Source: an uncultured delta proteobacterium
GTDB taxonomy: Bacteria; Myxococcota_A; Polyangia; Polyangiales; JAFGIB01
Length of the DNA: 64,000 bases
Assembly: GCA_963778655.1 (NCBI GenBank)
Contig: CAVZVA010000012.1
Coordinates: 1 to 64,000, forward strand
Reading direction: 5' to 3'
Below are positions 42,702 through 52,774 of this stretch, piece after piece. The stretch's first letter is position 1. Every line of letters starts with the position of its first letter. A program made the position numbers and the translations under genes. The notes below the pieces were generated by a model. The model was not told the origin of the DNA. It ran no database searches and saw only the letters and a program-made list of their open reading frames with translations.

Positions 42702-43415
42702 GGGGCAATCCCTGCCCCGCGTTGACGAATGGGGAGGACGGCCGCGCGGGTGCTGAAGGAGCCGAAGGGCACAGTCGGACGCCCATCGAAGCGCGTTCGG
42801 GCGTCCGAAGCGCTGTAAGAGCGGTGCAGGCCGTACGGTGAAAACGCAATGCTGCAATTGGCGATGCGCGCCGCGGGTACCTGCCCCAGGTTGATGCGCG
42901 GGAGACCCTGTCCCAGGTTGACGAGAGGGGGAGGAGGGCCGTGCGGAGGGTGGAGGCGCTTCAGAGGGGGATCGGGCGCCGATCCAGCGCGCTGGCGGGC
43001 CGTGGCAGATGCAAAATCGGCGCAGGTCGTGCCGTGAAAGCGCAATGCTGCAATTGGTGACGCGCGCAGGACGGAGCTAACCGTCCGCGCGCGCCGCGCG
43101 AGCCACGAGTGTCGGCGATGGGGCTGTGGTTATCCGGTGTCGAGCGGGGGGCAGGCGGTGTCGAGCGGGGCGCAGGCTACGCGTGCGAAGCGTGCGAGCC
43201 AGAAGGTGCCGGCGGGGAACACGCAGTGCAGGCCGTGACGCCACTTGTGCAGGGCCTCACGGTAGGCGGAGCGGAACGCGTTCAGGATGGCGCGGCCTCG
43301 GCGCTGGCCTTCGGCGGTGCCGGCGGCGAAGGTGGGGTTGAGCTTGCCCTTGCGACGCGGGGTCTTGGGGGCATCGAACGGGTTGAGCTTCTCCAGACGC
43401 TTGGTACCCCAGAAG
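42702..43415 (-). mobile_element. Nested truncated HUH-element copies (one diverged, one stub, one reaching the transposase 3' part)
   Basis: End motifs at 42702, 42875 and 42901; last copy reads to ..WGTKRLEKLNPFDAPK. Confidence 0.8.
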
Positions 43416-43520
43416 GCCGTTGGATCCTCCGCTCACGATCGCGATCGCTCGCGATCGCGATCGCGCGGCGATCATGAGGGAAGGCCCGCCGATCGCATTT
43501 TCCTTTTGCAGGAGAGGCCT

Positions 43521-44174
43521 ATGCGCACGAGACAAGTCGCCATCATCGCAGCCGCCATTGCTTCGATTTGCAGCTTCGGGGGGTGCACGGCCAACGTTCA
43601 TGACAACACCCTGAACACCCAAGCGGACCTGACCTTTCACGTCGACGTGTCCGCAGACCACGTGAAACCGGGCGATTCCGTGCCGATCACGATGGACGCG
43701 ACCGGGGTCGTGCTGGTCGAACCCAATGCCCAGCCGGCGCCTGCCGACGCAGACAAGGCCTCTTTCTTCAAGATCTTCTTGGATAACGAGGACAGCGAGC
43801 CGCTGATCACGACCGCGCAAATGCACGTGCAGGTCACCATCCCGAAGGACGCGACGGAGGGCAAACATCACCTGATCTGTCGCCTGTTCAAGCACGACGG
43901 CACGGCGACCGATCAGGAGCAGTCGGTCAGCATCAACGTGTCCGCTTCCGCGAGCGTGACGGTCAATTCCGATGCAGGCGCGGTGGTCACCACCGACGCC
44001 GGCGCGGCGAACACCGGCGTTGCCGGGGCGGGCAGCAACTCTGAGCGTTTTGTGCGAGGTTCCTGCCCTGGGTCGATGGTCGAGGGAGAGCGGCGCGCGG
44101 CGGCCGAGTGGCAACGAACCGCATGCAGGGCGGTGTTGGCACAGAGCTGCAAGAGCGAGCGGCGAGCAGCTTGA
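43521..44174 (+). CDS. Hypothetical lipoprotein
   Basis: AGGAGAGG RBS; FGGC lipobox; beta-rich domain; the C-terminal tail may be read-through. Confidence 0.6.
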   Translation: MRTRQVAIIAAAIASICSFGGCTANVHDNTLNTQADLTFHVDVSADHVKPGDSVPITMDATGVVLVEPNAQPAPADADKASFFKIFLDNEDSEPLITTAQMHVQVTIPKDATEGKHHLICRLFKHDGTATDQEQSVSINVSASASVTVNSDAGAVVTTDAGAANTGVAGAGSNSERFVRGSCPGSMVEGERRAAAEWQRTACRAVLAQSCKSERRAA

Positions 44175-44392
44175 AGGAGTACCTCGCCGACGTCAGCCTA
44201 GCACTACTGCTCCCAATCTCTCGTGGTTGGATTTCTGTACGCCGTGGATTCGGTCAGAACGGCTTCTCGGGCTTCGCCCTGCGATGCCGGCGCGGCCGCA
44301 GGAATACTCCGTGTATTTCAAGGTCGCGCAACGCCCTGAGCGGGCCTACGCCGTGCGGAAAGGCGGCCGGGAAGGAATTGGGATTAGTAGTG

Positions 44393-44929
44393 CTAGCCGA
44401 GGGTGATGCAATAGCGACGTTTGGGCACCACGAGCCCGGCCTCGGTGACGATGGCGTCGAGCACTCCGCCGTTGGCTTCGATGATCTTGGCCGACGCCTC
44501 GTTGTCGCCGTCGCAAGTCACGAGCGCATGTTCGATGCTCACCTTCCGCGCAACCGGGAGCGCCTGGGCGAGGATCTTCGTGCCATAGCCCTTGCGCCTG
44601 TGCTCCGGCACGACGCCGTACCCGATGTGCCCGCCCACACGGGCCAGGAAATCGTTCAAGCGGTGGCGGATCGAGACGCGCCCCACGAGCGTGCCGTCCA
44701 CGAACGCCAAGAGGTACGTGTTCAGCACGAATCTCTCGGGTAGATCTTTGCCGTGCGTCCAGGCGCGCACGCGCTCGACGTACTTCGAGAAGTCGGTCAC
44801 GCCATCGAACAGAAACGCGAAGTCCCAGCCGGGCTCCGACAGCTCGAAGCTGTGCACCGCGGCCCGGAATGCCGGCTCATCACTCGCGATGGGCAACCTC
44901 AGCAGGAGCTCGCTTGGGGCACCAGGCAT
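44393..44929 (-). CDS. GNAT family acetyltransferase
   Basis: GRVSIRHRL, GGHIGYGVVPEHRRKGYG, NEASAKIIEANGG. Confidence 0.85.
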   Translation of the reverse strand: MPGAPSELLLRLPIASDEPAFRAAVHSFELSEPGWDFAFLFDGVTDFSKYVERVRAWTHGKDLPERFVLNTYLLAFVDGTLVGRVSIRHRLNDFLARVGGHIGYGVVPEHRRKGYGTKILAQALPVARKVSIEHALVTCDGDNEASAKIIEANGGVLDAIVTEAGLVVPKRRYCITLG

Positions 44930-45414
44930 CGTGGTCTCGATGCTCCCGAATCACGCAGCGGATAGCCCGCGTTGACGCATGGCCCACTCTGCCAGCTGTT
45001 ACCGCGCAGGTCCAGCGATGGACATCCGAGCGCGATGCTCGATGGGCATCACGGCGTGCGCGATCGACACCGAGAGAGCGATGGCGATCGCCGCGTGACG
45101 GGGGACCGGCACCTAGCGATGGCCATTGGATGCTCGCAGGCAGCGAGCAGCCAGTCGTTGGGGTCCGGGGCGGCGGCGAGCTCGATGAGCTGACGGTCGA
45201 TCTTCTTGAGCTTTCCGCGCGCGGCGCGCTTGAGGGCGTCGGTGGCGAACACGACTCCGCGGGCCACGGCTTTCGAGGGGATGGTCGCGAAATCCTCGGT
45301 CTGCATTTGTGAAATGCACTCTAGGCGCGGGTGAGGGAGTCGAGCGCATTCATCGCCTCGAGCCGCGGCGCAGCGTTGCTGGCAACCCGGAAGCGCTCGC
45401 GGTATTCTGGCGGT

Positions 45415-45660
45415 GTGAAGCTCGAAGCGCTTCCAGGCTGGATCATCGACAACGCGACCTCCGTGAAGCAGGAGGTGGCGCCCTATGTGAACATGACGCC
45501 GGCGGAGCGCTGGGAGGCGACGAGACGCTGCTGCGAAGCAGCCGCTGCCATGTTGCGCTTCTCGCGAGAGCGTGAGGCAGCGCTGAGCTATCGCGATCCC
45601 TTGCCTGCGGGCAGCATCGCCGCGCTCGCTCGGCTCCGTCGCGCGAATACAGCCGCATGA
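45415..45660 (+). CDS. Small partner protein upstream of a second nucleotidyltransferase
   Basis: MTPAERW motif similar to 40882; ATGA coupling; TATTCT just upstream of the GTG start. Confidence 0.6.
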   Translation: MKLEALPGWIIDNATSVKQEVAPYVNMTPAERWEATRRCCEAAAAMLRFSREREAALSYRDPLPAGSIAALARLRRANTAA

Positions 45661-46241
45661 CCGCGCCGACCCCGAGCAACGCGGCAGAGGCGGGGCTCGC
45701 CATCGCACGCGCCCTGCAGGACGAAGGGATTGCTTACGCGCTTGGCGGCGCGCTCGCGCTCGGTGCGCACGGCGTTCCTCGCGGCACGCTCGACGTGGAC
45801 GTCAATGTGTTCATCCGAAACGACGAGCTGGAGCGCGTCGTCACCTGTTTGCGCTCGCTTGGGATCGAGGTGGACCCGGGAACTGCACGGGCGCGCGTCG
45901 AACGCGACGGCATGTTTACGGGGCGCTGGGCGGGCATGCGCATCGACGTCTTCACGCCGAGCATCCCGTTTTCGCAGGAAGCGGCAAGGACGCGCGTGCA
46001 GCTCACAGACCCATTCGGACAGTCCGCGTGGTTTCTCTCCGCGGAGGCCATCGCCATCTTCAAGCTCCTGTTTCATCGCCCCAAGGACATCGCAGATCTC
46101 GAGCGCTTGTGCGCTGTCCAGGGCCCAGCCTTGCAACGTGAGTACGTACGCTCATGGATCGTCGACATGCTCGGCCCCGACGACGAGCGCGTCCAAACGT
46201 GGGACCGAGTAAGCCGCTTCGGCGTGGCTTCCGATGCATGA
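45657..46241 (+). CDS. Pol-beta-superfamily nucleotidyltransferase
   Basis: YALGGALALGAHGVPRGTLDVDV, RIDVF, KLLFHRPKDIADL. Confidence 0.75.
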   Translation: MTAPTPSNAAEAGLAIARALQDEGIAYALGGALALGAHGVPRGTLDVDVNVFIRNDELERVVTCLRSLGIEVDPGTARARVERDGMFTGRWAGMRIDVFTPSIPFSQEAARTRVQLTDPFGQSAWFLSAEAIAIFKLLFHRPKDIADLERLCAVQGPALQREYVRSWIVDMLGPDDERVQTWDRVSRFGVASDA

Positions 46242-46297
46242 CCGAGGAGACTCCGGGAGCTAGGTGGCGCGAATGCAGATCGGTTCGCGGGGGGAGT

Positions 46298-46822
46298 GGA
46301 TCCGATCCTGAGCACCGCGGGCGGCCGCGCGCGGACGGAGAGGGGAGTCGAATGGGCTGTAGCGGACCTGGACTTCGGCCCAGCGCTGGTTGCGCTGACC
46401 GAAGTGCAGCTCCGGTCGCTTGACGACGGTGGGCGCGGCCAGCCAGTCGGCCGGGGTGGAGCGCACGCCATTCCAGTCGCGAAAGTCGTGTCCCGGAGAC
46501 CCTGTCCCGGAGACCCTGTCCCAGGTTGACGAGAGGGGGAGGAGGGCGGCGCGGAGGGTGGAGGCGCTTCAGAGGGGGATCGGGCGCCAATCCAGCGCGC
46601 TGGCGGGCCCTGGCAGATGCAAAATCGGCGCACGTCGTGCGGTGAAGACGTAATGCTGCAATTGGTGACGCGCGCAGGACGGAGCTAACCGTCCGCGCGC
46701 GCCGCGCGAGCCACGAGCGTCGGCGATGGGGCTGTGGTTATCCGGTGTCGAGCGGGGGGCAGGCGGAACCCCACCTTCGCCGCCGGCACCGCCGAAGGCC
46801 AGTGCCGAGGCCGCGCCCATGG
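46298..46822 (-). mobile_element. Scrambled HUH-element remnants: diverged internal piece, tandem end motifs, truncated tail, inverted fragment
   Basis: RSTPADWLAAPTVVKRPELHFGQ fragment; TGTCCC-GGAGACCCTGTCCC-GGAGACCCTGTCCCAGG; 46767-46822 is the reverse complement of transposase 3' sequence. Confidence 0.75.
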
Positions 46823-47007
46823 CGCGGGAGCTTCAGGCCGGTTCCGGCGTTGCAAGTGAGGGGGAAAACGAATCGCGACTCATCCGTCGATACGTGCTCC
46901 GTGCGCTCTGGGTTTTTGGGGAACTTTCGCGCTGTCTGGTTGTCCGTAAACGCAAGAGCTGTTCGCTTGCGCCGCACCGCGCTCGCGCGCCAGGCCGGAG
47001 CTGACTC

Positions 47008-48429
47008 ATGTCATCCAGTGTATCGTCCACCACCACAGCCGCGGTAGTCGGAGGCAGCATCGCCGGCCTGTGTGCGGCGCGCGTGCTGTCCAAGCACTTC
47101 GATCGCGTCGTCGTGATCGAGGCCGATCGCATCGACGAAAGCGCGCTCGCAGGTCGCAAGGGGGTGCCCCAGAGCCGCTACGCTCATGCCCTGTTGCAGG
47201 GCGGAGAGATGGCGCTCGGACAGCTCTTTCCCGGGTTCGGTGCGCGCTTGCTCGCCCTCGGCGCGCTTCACTTCGACATGGGACAGAGGTTCGCGTTCCT
47301 GCGCGCCGGGGGCTGGGCGCCATCGTTTGCCGCCGGCATGTCGACCTATTGGTGCAGTCGCGCCGTGACCGAGCGCGCCGTGCGCGAGCTCTTCGGCGAG
47401 CAGGTCCGCGCCGAGGTTCACTCCGGATGCAGGGCGACTGCGCTGTGCACCGCGCCAGGCGACGGCGCTCGGCCGCCGCGCGTCACGGGCGTCGAGCTGC
47501 GTCGCTCCGACGGCACGACCGAGCGGCTGGAGGCGCAACTGGTGGTGGATGCGTCTGGACGCGGCAGTCAGTCGTTGCGCTGGCTCGAGAGTCTCGGCGT
47601 CGCGGAGGTGCAGGAGGAAAAGGTCGACGCCCACGTCGCCTATGCCGGTCGATGGTACCAGGCTCCCAAGCTCGGCGAACGGCCCGCGTCGTGGTGGTGG
47701 GACGGGCTGTGGATCGACCCGGTTGCGGGCAGCTCGCCGTTCTTCTCGGTCCTGATCCCTGCCGAGCACGGCCGCTGGTTCGGGGGCATGGCTTGTTACG
47801 GCCCCTGGGACGTGCCCCACGACGAAGCGAGCTTCACGCGCGAGCTACGCGCTCAACGCACGCCGCTGTTGGCGGAAGCGCTCGCGCTGGCCACGCCCGA
47901 GTCCGACGTGCTGGTCACGCGCTCCACCGTCAATCACTTTCGGCACTTCGAGCGCGGCATGACGCGAGCTCGAGGGTTGCTCGCGCTCGGCGACTCGGTC
48001 TGCTCGTTCAACCCTGCCTATGGACAGGGGATGAGCGTGGCCGCGCAGTCCGCGCTCGCGCTCGACGGCGTGCTCACCGAGCTTGGTACCCGCCATCCTG
48101 AGCTCGAGAGCCGTTTCTTCGCCGCACAGGCGCGGCTCAGCCAGCTGCCATGGACGCTGGCGACCGGGGCGGATCTGCAGTTCGACACGACGGACGGGCA
48201 GCGTCCGCGGCTCGGTCGCTGCTTGAACCCGTACTTCGGCGCGCTGATGCGCTGCGCCAACGTCACGCCCGAGGTCATGCGGCGCGTGCTACCCGTGTTC
48301 CATCTGAGCGCAGGCATGCAGCGCTTGGTGCAGCCCGCAGTGGTCATCGAGGTGCTGCGTTACGCGCTCAACGAGCGCCTGCGCCGAGCTCCGCCGTTGG
48401 CCATGCACGCACCGCTGCCTCCGGCGTGA
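47008..48429 (+). CDS. FAD-dependent oxidoreductase/monooxygenase
   Basis: VVGGSIAG, VVDASGRGS, LGDSVCSFNPAYGQGMS. Confidence 0.85.
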   Translation: MSSSVSSTTTAAVVGGSIAGLCAARVLSKHFDRVVVIEADRIDESALAGRKGVPQSRYAHALLQGGEMALGQLFPGFGARLLALGALHFDMGQRFAFLRAGGWAPSFAAGMSTYWCSRAVTERAVRELFGEQVRAEVHSGCRATALCTAPGDGARPPRVTGVELRRSDGTTERLEAQLVVDASGRGSQSLRWLESLGVAEVQEEKVDAHVAYAGRWYQAPKLGERPASWWWDGLWIDPVAGSSPFFSVLIPAEHGRWFGGMACYGPWDVPHDEASFTRELRAQRTPLLAEALALATPESDVLVTRSTVNHFRHFERGMTRARGLLALGDSVCSFNPAYGQGMSVAAQSALALDGVLTELGTRHPELESRFFAAQARLSQLPWTLATGADLQFDTTDGQRPRLGRCLNPYFGALMRCANVTPEVMRRVLPVFHLSAGMQRLVQPAVVIEVLRYALNERLRRAPPLAMHAPLPPA

Positions 48430-48456
48430 GCAGACCGAGCGCTACGAGCGACTCGT

Positions 48457-48563
48457 GGGAGTCCCTGTCCCAGGTTGACGAGAGGGGGAGGAGGGCGGCA
48501 CGGAGGGTGGAGGCGCTTCAGGGCGCGATCGGGCGCCGATCCAGCGCGCTTGCGGGCCGTGGC
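48457..48563 (-). mobile_element. Truncated HUH-element end (~105 bp)
   Basis: GGGAGTCCCTGTCCCAGGTTGACGAGAGGGGGAGG..; 27 bp after the upstream stop. Confidence 0.8.
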
Positions 48564-48784
48564 AGCCAGGTTGTCGCTCATTCGACAGAGCCAATCAGCT
48601 TCAAGGGATGCGCCACGTTACCGAACGAAAAGGTAACGTTGCAAGCGCCACCGGCCGGTCCATGGACGAACGTTCAAGGGTTATCGGCCGTAAGGTCCTC
48701 TTCGATTGGCGGGACTGACTCAAATTCGGCTCAGCTCACGAAGAGTTGTTCGAGCTGGCTCGGCCTGTGCTACATCCGGTCTGT

Positions 48785-49597
48785 ATGGCAGATGACTTCC
48801 CTCCGGTCTTTCGGCGCGACGGTGAGTACTTCGTGCCGACCGATGCTGCACCCGGTCCCTGGAGCCCCGATGCGCTGCACGGCGGTCCGACCTGCGGATT
48901 GCTGGCGCGCTGTCTCGAAACCCGCGTGGACGACCCGGCGCTGCTGCCCGTGCGCCTGACCGTGGACATGTTCCGCCCCGTACCCAAGGCGCCGCTGTTG
49001 GTGCGCACGCGCGTGGTGCGCGATGGCAAGCGCATCAAGGTCGTCGATGCCGCCATCGTCCACGAGGGTGTGGAGGTGGCGCGAGCAACGGGGCTGTTTC
49101 TGCTGCGCAGCGGCAACGAGCTGAACGACCCCTGGGCGCCGACTCCCCTGCGGGGGCCAGAGGGCATCGAGACCCGCTCGCTGATGGGTGGGCGTAGCGC
49201 CCCCACCCGAGCGCTCCGCGGCTTCCACACGATGATCGAGACGCGCTGGGTAACCGAGCGGGGTTCGGGCCCTCAGGCGGGATGGTTTCGCATGCCCACT
49301 GACCTGATCGAGGGCGAGCCCACCAGCCCGCTGGCCCGGGCCGCTGCGGTCGGCGACTTTGCCAACGCGGTGGCCAGCATGTCGATGCCGCGCGACGCGA
49401 ACGTGCGTGGCCCGGTGTTCATCAACACCGACACCACGCTCTACCTCTCACGCCCGCCGGAGGGCGAATGGATCGGCATGGCGGCGGACTACGGAATCGA
49501 GCGCGACGGTGTGGGTCTGATCGAGGTAGCCCACTTCGACGCCCGCGGCCGCTACGGTCGCTCGCTGCAGGCGCGCCTGGCCAATCGCCGTGGCTGA
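48785..49597 (+). CDS. Acyl-CoA thioesterase-like (double hotdog) protein
   Basis: GPWSPDALHGGP, RLTVDMFRPVP, FINTDTTLYLSRPPEGEWIG. Confidence 0.8.
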   Translation: MADDFPPVFRRDGEYFVPTDAAPGPWSPDALHGGPTCGLLARCLETRVDDPALLPVRLTVDMFRPVPKAPLLVRTRVVRDGKRIKVVDAAIVHEGVEVARATGLFLLRSGNELNDPWAPTPLRGPEGIETRSLMGGRSAPTRALRGFHTMIETRWVTERGSGPQAGWFRMPTDLIEGEPTSPLARAAAVGDFANAVASMSMPRDANVRGPVFINTDTTLYLSRPPEGEWIGMAADYGIERDGVGLIEVAHFDARGRYGRSLQARLANRRG

Positions 49598-49679
49598 GCC
49601 ATCAATCGTCTGCGGCCATCCACGCAGTCGCGTTCACGGCACTCGCAAGGCTCGCGCTCTGGCGCCGCAACTGCGCGGC

Positions 49680-50945
49680 TCACATCCCCGTGGCGATCAG
49701 AGTCTTCACACTGGCGCACACGGGCTTCTGGCTGTTGTCGGGGCGCAGCCAGTTGTAGTTCCACGGATCGTCGCGATGGTAGAGAAAGGAAAACGCCTTC
49801 GCGACGTGGCCCGAGGAGCGGAAGCTCCGTAGGGCGTCCGTCGTGTACGTGGCCTGCAGCTCTTCGGACACCGTCGCGACCGTGTCGGTGCCGCCTGCGG
49901 TCGCCGAGTCCCAGCCGAACTCCGTGATCCAGACCTGGGGATCAGGGTGTCCGTGTGCCTTGAACGCCGTGTACGCGCAGTCGAACCGATTCAGATCGTA
50001 CGAGCAGGGTTCGCTCGTCACTTGCGTCGGGGTCCGCGCTTCGACGTAGTTGTGCGTTGTCGGGAGCACGCGCGGGTCGCTCAGGAAACCGGTGGTGTCG
50101 GCCTGCAAGAGGGGGTCCCGCCACTTCTGCTGAGGGTAGACCTCATCCGCCGAGACGAGCAGCGTGGCGTTCGGCCAGACAGCCCACGCCTCCTTGGCGA
50201 ACGCCTTCACGAGCTCGAGATAGGCAGCGGGATCCGGCTGGGGCTTCCAGAAGCTCGCGTTCCAGGGTTCGTTCCAGACCTCGAGCACCTTCGGCGGGTC
50301 TTGCATGCTGCGCCAGTTGTCGACCATTCGCTGCGCCCACTCAGCATAGTTCTGGGGTAGTGGAGGATACTTGTCGTCGTTCTGCCCGCTCAGGTCGGTG
50401 AACCCGTAGTCGGCGATCGGGAGCACCTCGATGCCGTACGTGCGTGCCGTCTCGATGACCGCGGCGGTCGGGCGGTCCATGCGAGCGTTCTTGATGCCAA
50501 TCGCTTGAAGCGCGGCAAAGTCCTGCGTGCTGTACGCGCAGACACCGGTGAAGTCGCCGTACCCCGTGGGTTGAGGCGAGGGGCCACCGATGGTGGCATC
50601 GACGTCGCCCCCGTCCGGTGTCGCCGAACCGCCGTCCGTTGTCGTGGAAGCGTCGCCCGGCGCAGGCCGTCCCCCGTCCGCCGGAGCGCCGCCGCTCGAG
50701 GTACTGCCTCCCGGCTGGGCACCGCCACTCGACATCGTCATCCCGCCCGCCCCGCCCGCGCCGGCACTGACTCCACTGCCGCCGGAGCCCGCAGCACTGC
50801 GTTCTGCGGTGGCAGCACTGTGTCCTCCGGTGGCGGACGCCGACGCATCGAGCCCGCCTGGCGCCGTCGCCGCGGCGCTACACCCGGAAAGGACCACCAG
50901 CGCGAGGAATGTGCGTCTTGGATCGAATCTGCACCGCATGAGCAT
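49680..50945 (-). CDS. Lipoprotein with clan GH-A glycoside hydrolase domain
   Basis: LSGC lipobox, Gly/Ser linker, EVWNEP acid/base and WITEFG nucleophile. Confidence 0.75.
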   Translation of the reverse strand: MLMRCRFDPRRTFLALVVLSGCSAAATAPGGLDASASATGGHSAATAERSAAGSGGSGVSAGAGGAGGMTMSSGGAQPGGSTSSGGAPADGGRPAPGDASTTTDGGSATPDGGDVDATIGGPSPQPTGYGDFTGVCAYSTQDFAALQAIGIKNARMDRPTAAVIETARTYGIEVLPIADYGFTDLSGQNDDKYPPLPQNYAEWAQRMVDNWRSMQDPPKVLEVWNEPWNASFWKPQPDPAAYLELVKAFAKEAWAVWPNATLLVSADEVYPQQKWRDPLLQADTTGFLSDPRVLPTTHNYVEARTPTQVTSEPCSYDLNRFDCAYTAFKAHGHPDPQVWITEFGWDSATAGGTDTVATVSEELQATYTTDALRSFRSSGHVAKAFSFLYHRDDPWNYNWLRPDNSQKPVCASVKTLIATGM

Positions 50946-50973
50946 CCCCAGAACGTTCTACGAAATTAGCCCT

Positions 50974-51243
50974 CTAACGCTGGGAGAGGTCGCGCGCAAA
51001 TTCCGCCGCGGCAGAAAGGCCGCCCAAATTCCAGCTGGCACCTTCCCAGAGTAGTCTTTCGTCCCCAGCACGCAGCCCCGGCAGCTTGAACATCGCGAGA
51101 GCACCGGCCGGCGTGACGTCGTCGCCGACGAGCTCGGTTGCAACGACTCCCGGGGTTTCGAGCCCGAGACCATCCCGGTAGAAAGCGAGCGCGCGATCCA
51201 GACTTGCGATCGCGAGCGTGATGACGTCGATGCGCGCTTCCAT
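50974..51243 (-). pseudogene. VOC/glyoxalase protein, apparently internally deleted
   Basis: IDVITLAIASLDRALAFYRDGLG then jumps to a degenerate LWE..WN end; only 89 aa. Confidence 0.55.
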
Positions 51244-51525
51244 GTTTCATCTTCAACGCGACCAGCATGGCCGCTCTCTTCTGGCGCCAGCTCTCGTCGA
51301 TGTCGCATGCTCAAGATGCCGCGCGGCTCAGTTGACGACCAGTGATTTGTTCGGGCTCTGTCACAGGCGGCCTGGACGCGGATTGCTTCTTCGAGATCGA
51401 CGCCTTCCATGCACGCGGAATGCAGGGCCCGGAGAGCCCGCGGGTGGTCCCCGTGGGGAGTCCCTTGCGACGTTTGTCCTCTGCGTGGTAGAGCGCGCTG
51501 CTTCGCGGCGCGCGAGCTGCAGCCG

Positions 51526-52239
51526 ATGGTGATCCTACACAAGTACGTGCCTGCCTGGGACATGGCGGACATCAGTCCATTCTGCATCAAGGTGGAGACG
51601 TATCTGCGGATGGTCGGCGTGCCGTTCGAGCCGCGCACCTCCGACGTGCGCAAGGCGCCCAAGGGCAAGCTGCCGTACATCGAAGACGGCGCGAGCGTGA
51701 TTTGCGACAGCCGCGACATCATCGCGCACTTCGAAGCCAAGCTTCCCAACGCGCTCGACCGCGAGCTGAGCGCGCGCGACCGGGCGCTCAGCGCGGCCTT
51801 TCAGGCTCTGCTCGAGGAAGAAGCGTACTTCTACGCGATCGTGCTGCGCTGGAGGGAAGATGACGGCTGGGCGATCTACAAGCCGGCGTTGCAGCGCTAC
51901 CTGGCGGCAATCGGCGTGCCCTCCCTGCTCGCGCCGCTGGTCGCAGCCAGCGCCCGCCGCGGGGTCGTTGCCCAGGCCAAGGCGCAGGGCAGCGCGCGGC
52001 ACAGCCGCGGCGAGATCGAGCAACGCTTGCTGGCCACCGCGCAGGCGGCGATCAATCAGGTGGGCGACGGCCCGTTCTTCCTCGGGCCGCGCCCGCACGT
52101 CATCGACGCGACCATGTTCGCGTTCCTCAGCGCCGCGCTCGACTCGCCGTTTCGTTCGCGCGCCAAGGACATGCTGGCGAAGGCGGACAACGTGCTGGCC
52201 TATCGCGAGCGCATGCGCGCTGCTTACTTCCCGCGCTGA
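51526..52239 (+). CDS. Glutathione S-transferase family protein (metaxin/FAX-like)
   Basis: SPFCIKVETYLRM, PKGKLPYIEDG..DS, FFLG..DATMFA. Confidence 0.8.
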   Translation: MVILHKYVPAWDMADISPFCIKVETYLRMVGVPFEPRTSDVRKAPKGKLPYIEDGASVICDSRDIIAHFEAKLPNALDRELSARDRALSAAFQALLEEEAYFYAIVLRWREDDGWAIYKPALQRYLAAIGVPSLLAPLVAASARRGVVAQAKAQGSARHSRGEIEQRLLATAQAAINQVGDGPFFLGPRPHVIDATMFAFLSAALDSPFRSRAKDMLAKADNVLAYRERMRAAYFPR

Positions 52240-52718
52240 TCGACCGCGCTCAGCGGCCGCCTGGGTGTCGACCTGGTGAGGTCACCGCGGAGGTGATGGA
52301 CTGCACGCGCTCCGCCGACGCGGGCGTGCCACCCACAGACAGCGCCGTCTGCTGGGCTACCTGGTCGTTGGTCACGATCGTTCGGGGGCCCGCCGGCAAC
52401 GGTCGCGCTCAGGTACGTGGCCTCCGGCGCGCAGCGCTTCGCCGAGCGGTTCGGGCGCGCCCGGCTCGCACAGCCTGTGCGTGCACGTACACCTGATGAG
52501 CGATGTTCGGACCGAAATGCTGACGCTGGTCGCGTCGCGCCGTCGGAGGTAGCTGCGGCACCGAGCACTGCGGGCGCCTGGGATGCGCGTATGGCTAGAG
52601 CAGGCCAGGGCGAATTCGACCTCGGCAGTGGGCGGATCGTCGACTCGCGGGCGCAGGATTCGGAGCCGACTTACGCAGCGGAGCTACGAACGGCGGACCG
52701 ATCGCGGTGCGCGCGCGC

Positions 52719-52734
52719 TGGCACGAACCCTGCA
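52719..52734 (+). promoter_or_regulatory. sigma54 promoter
   Basis: TGGCACG-AACC-CTGCA (GG-N10-GC) 40 bp before ATG 52775. Confidence 0.55.
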
Positions 52735-52774
52735 AAAGCATGCGGGGTCCACCCTGCCCACTTCGAAGGAAGCC

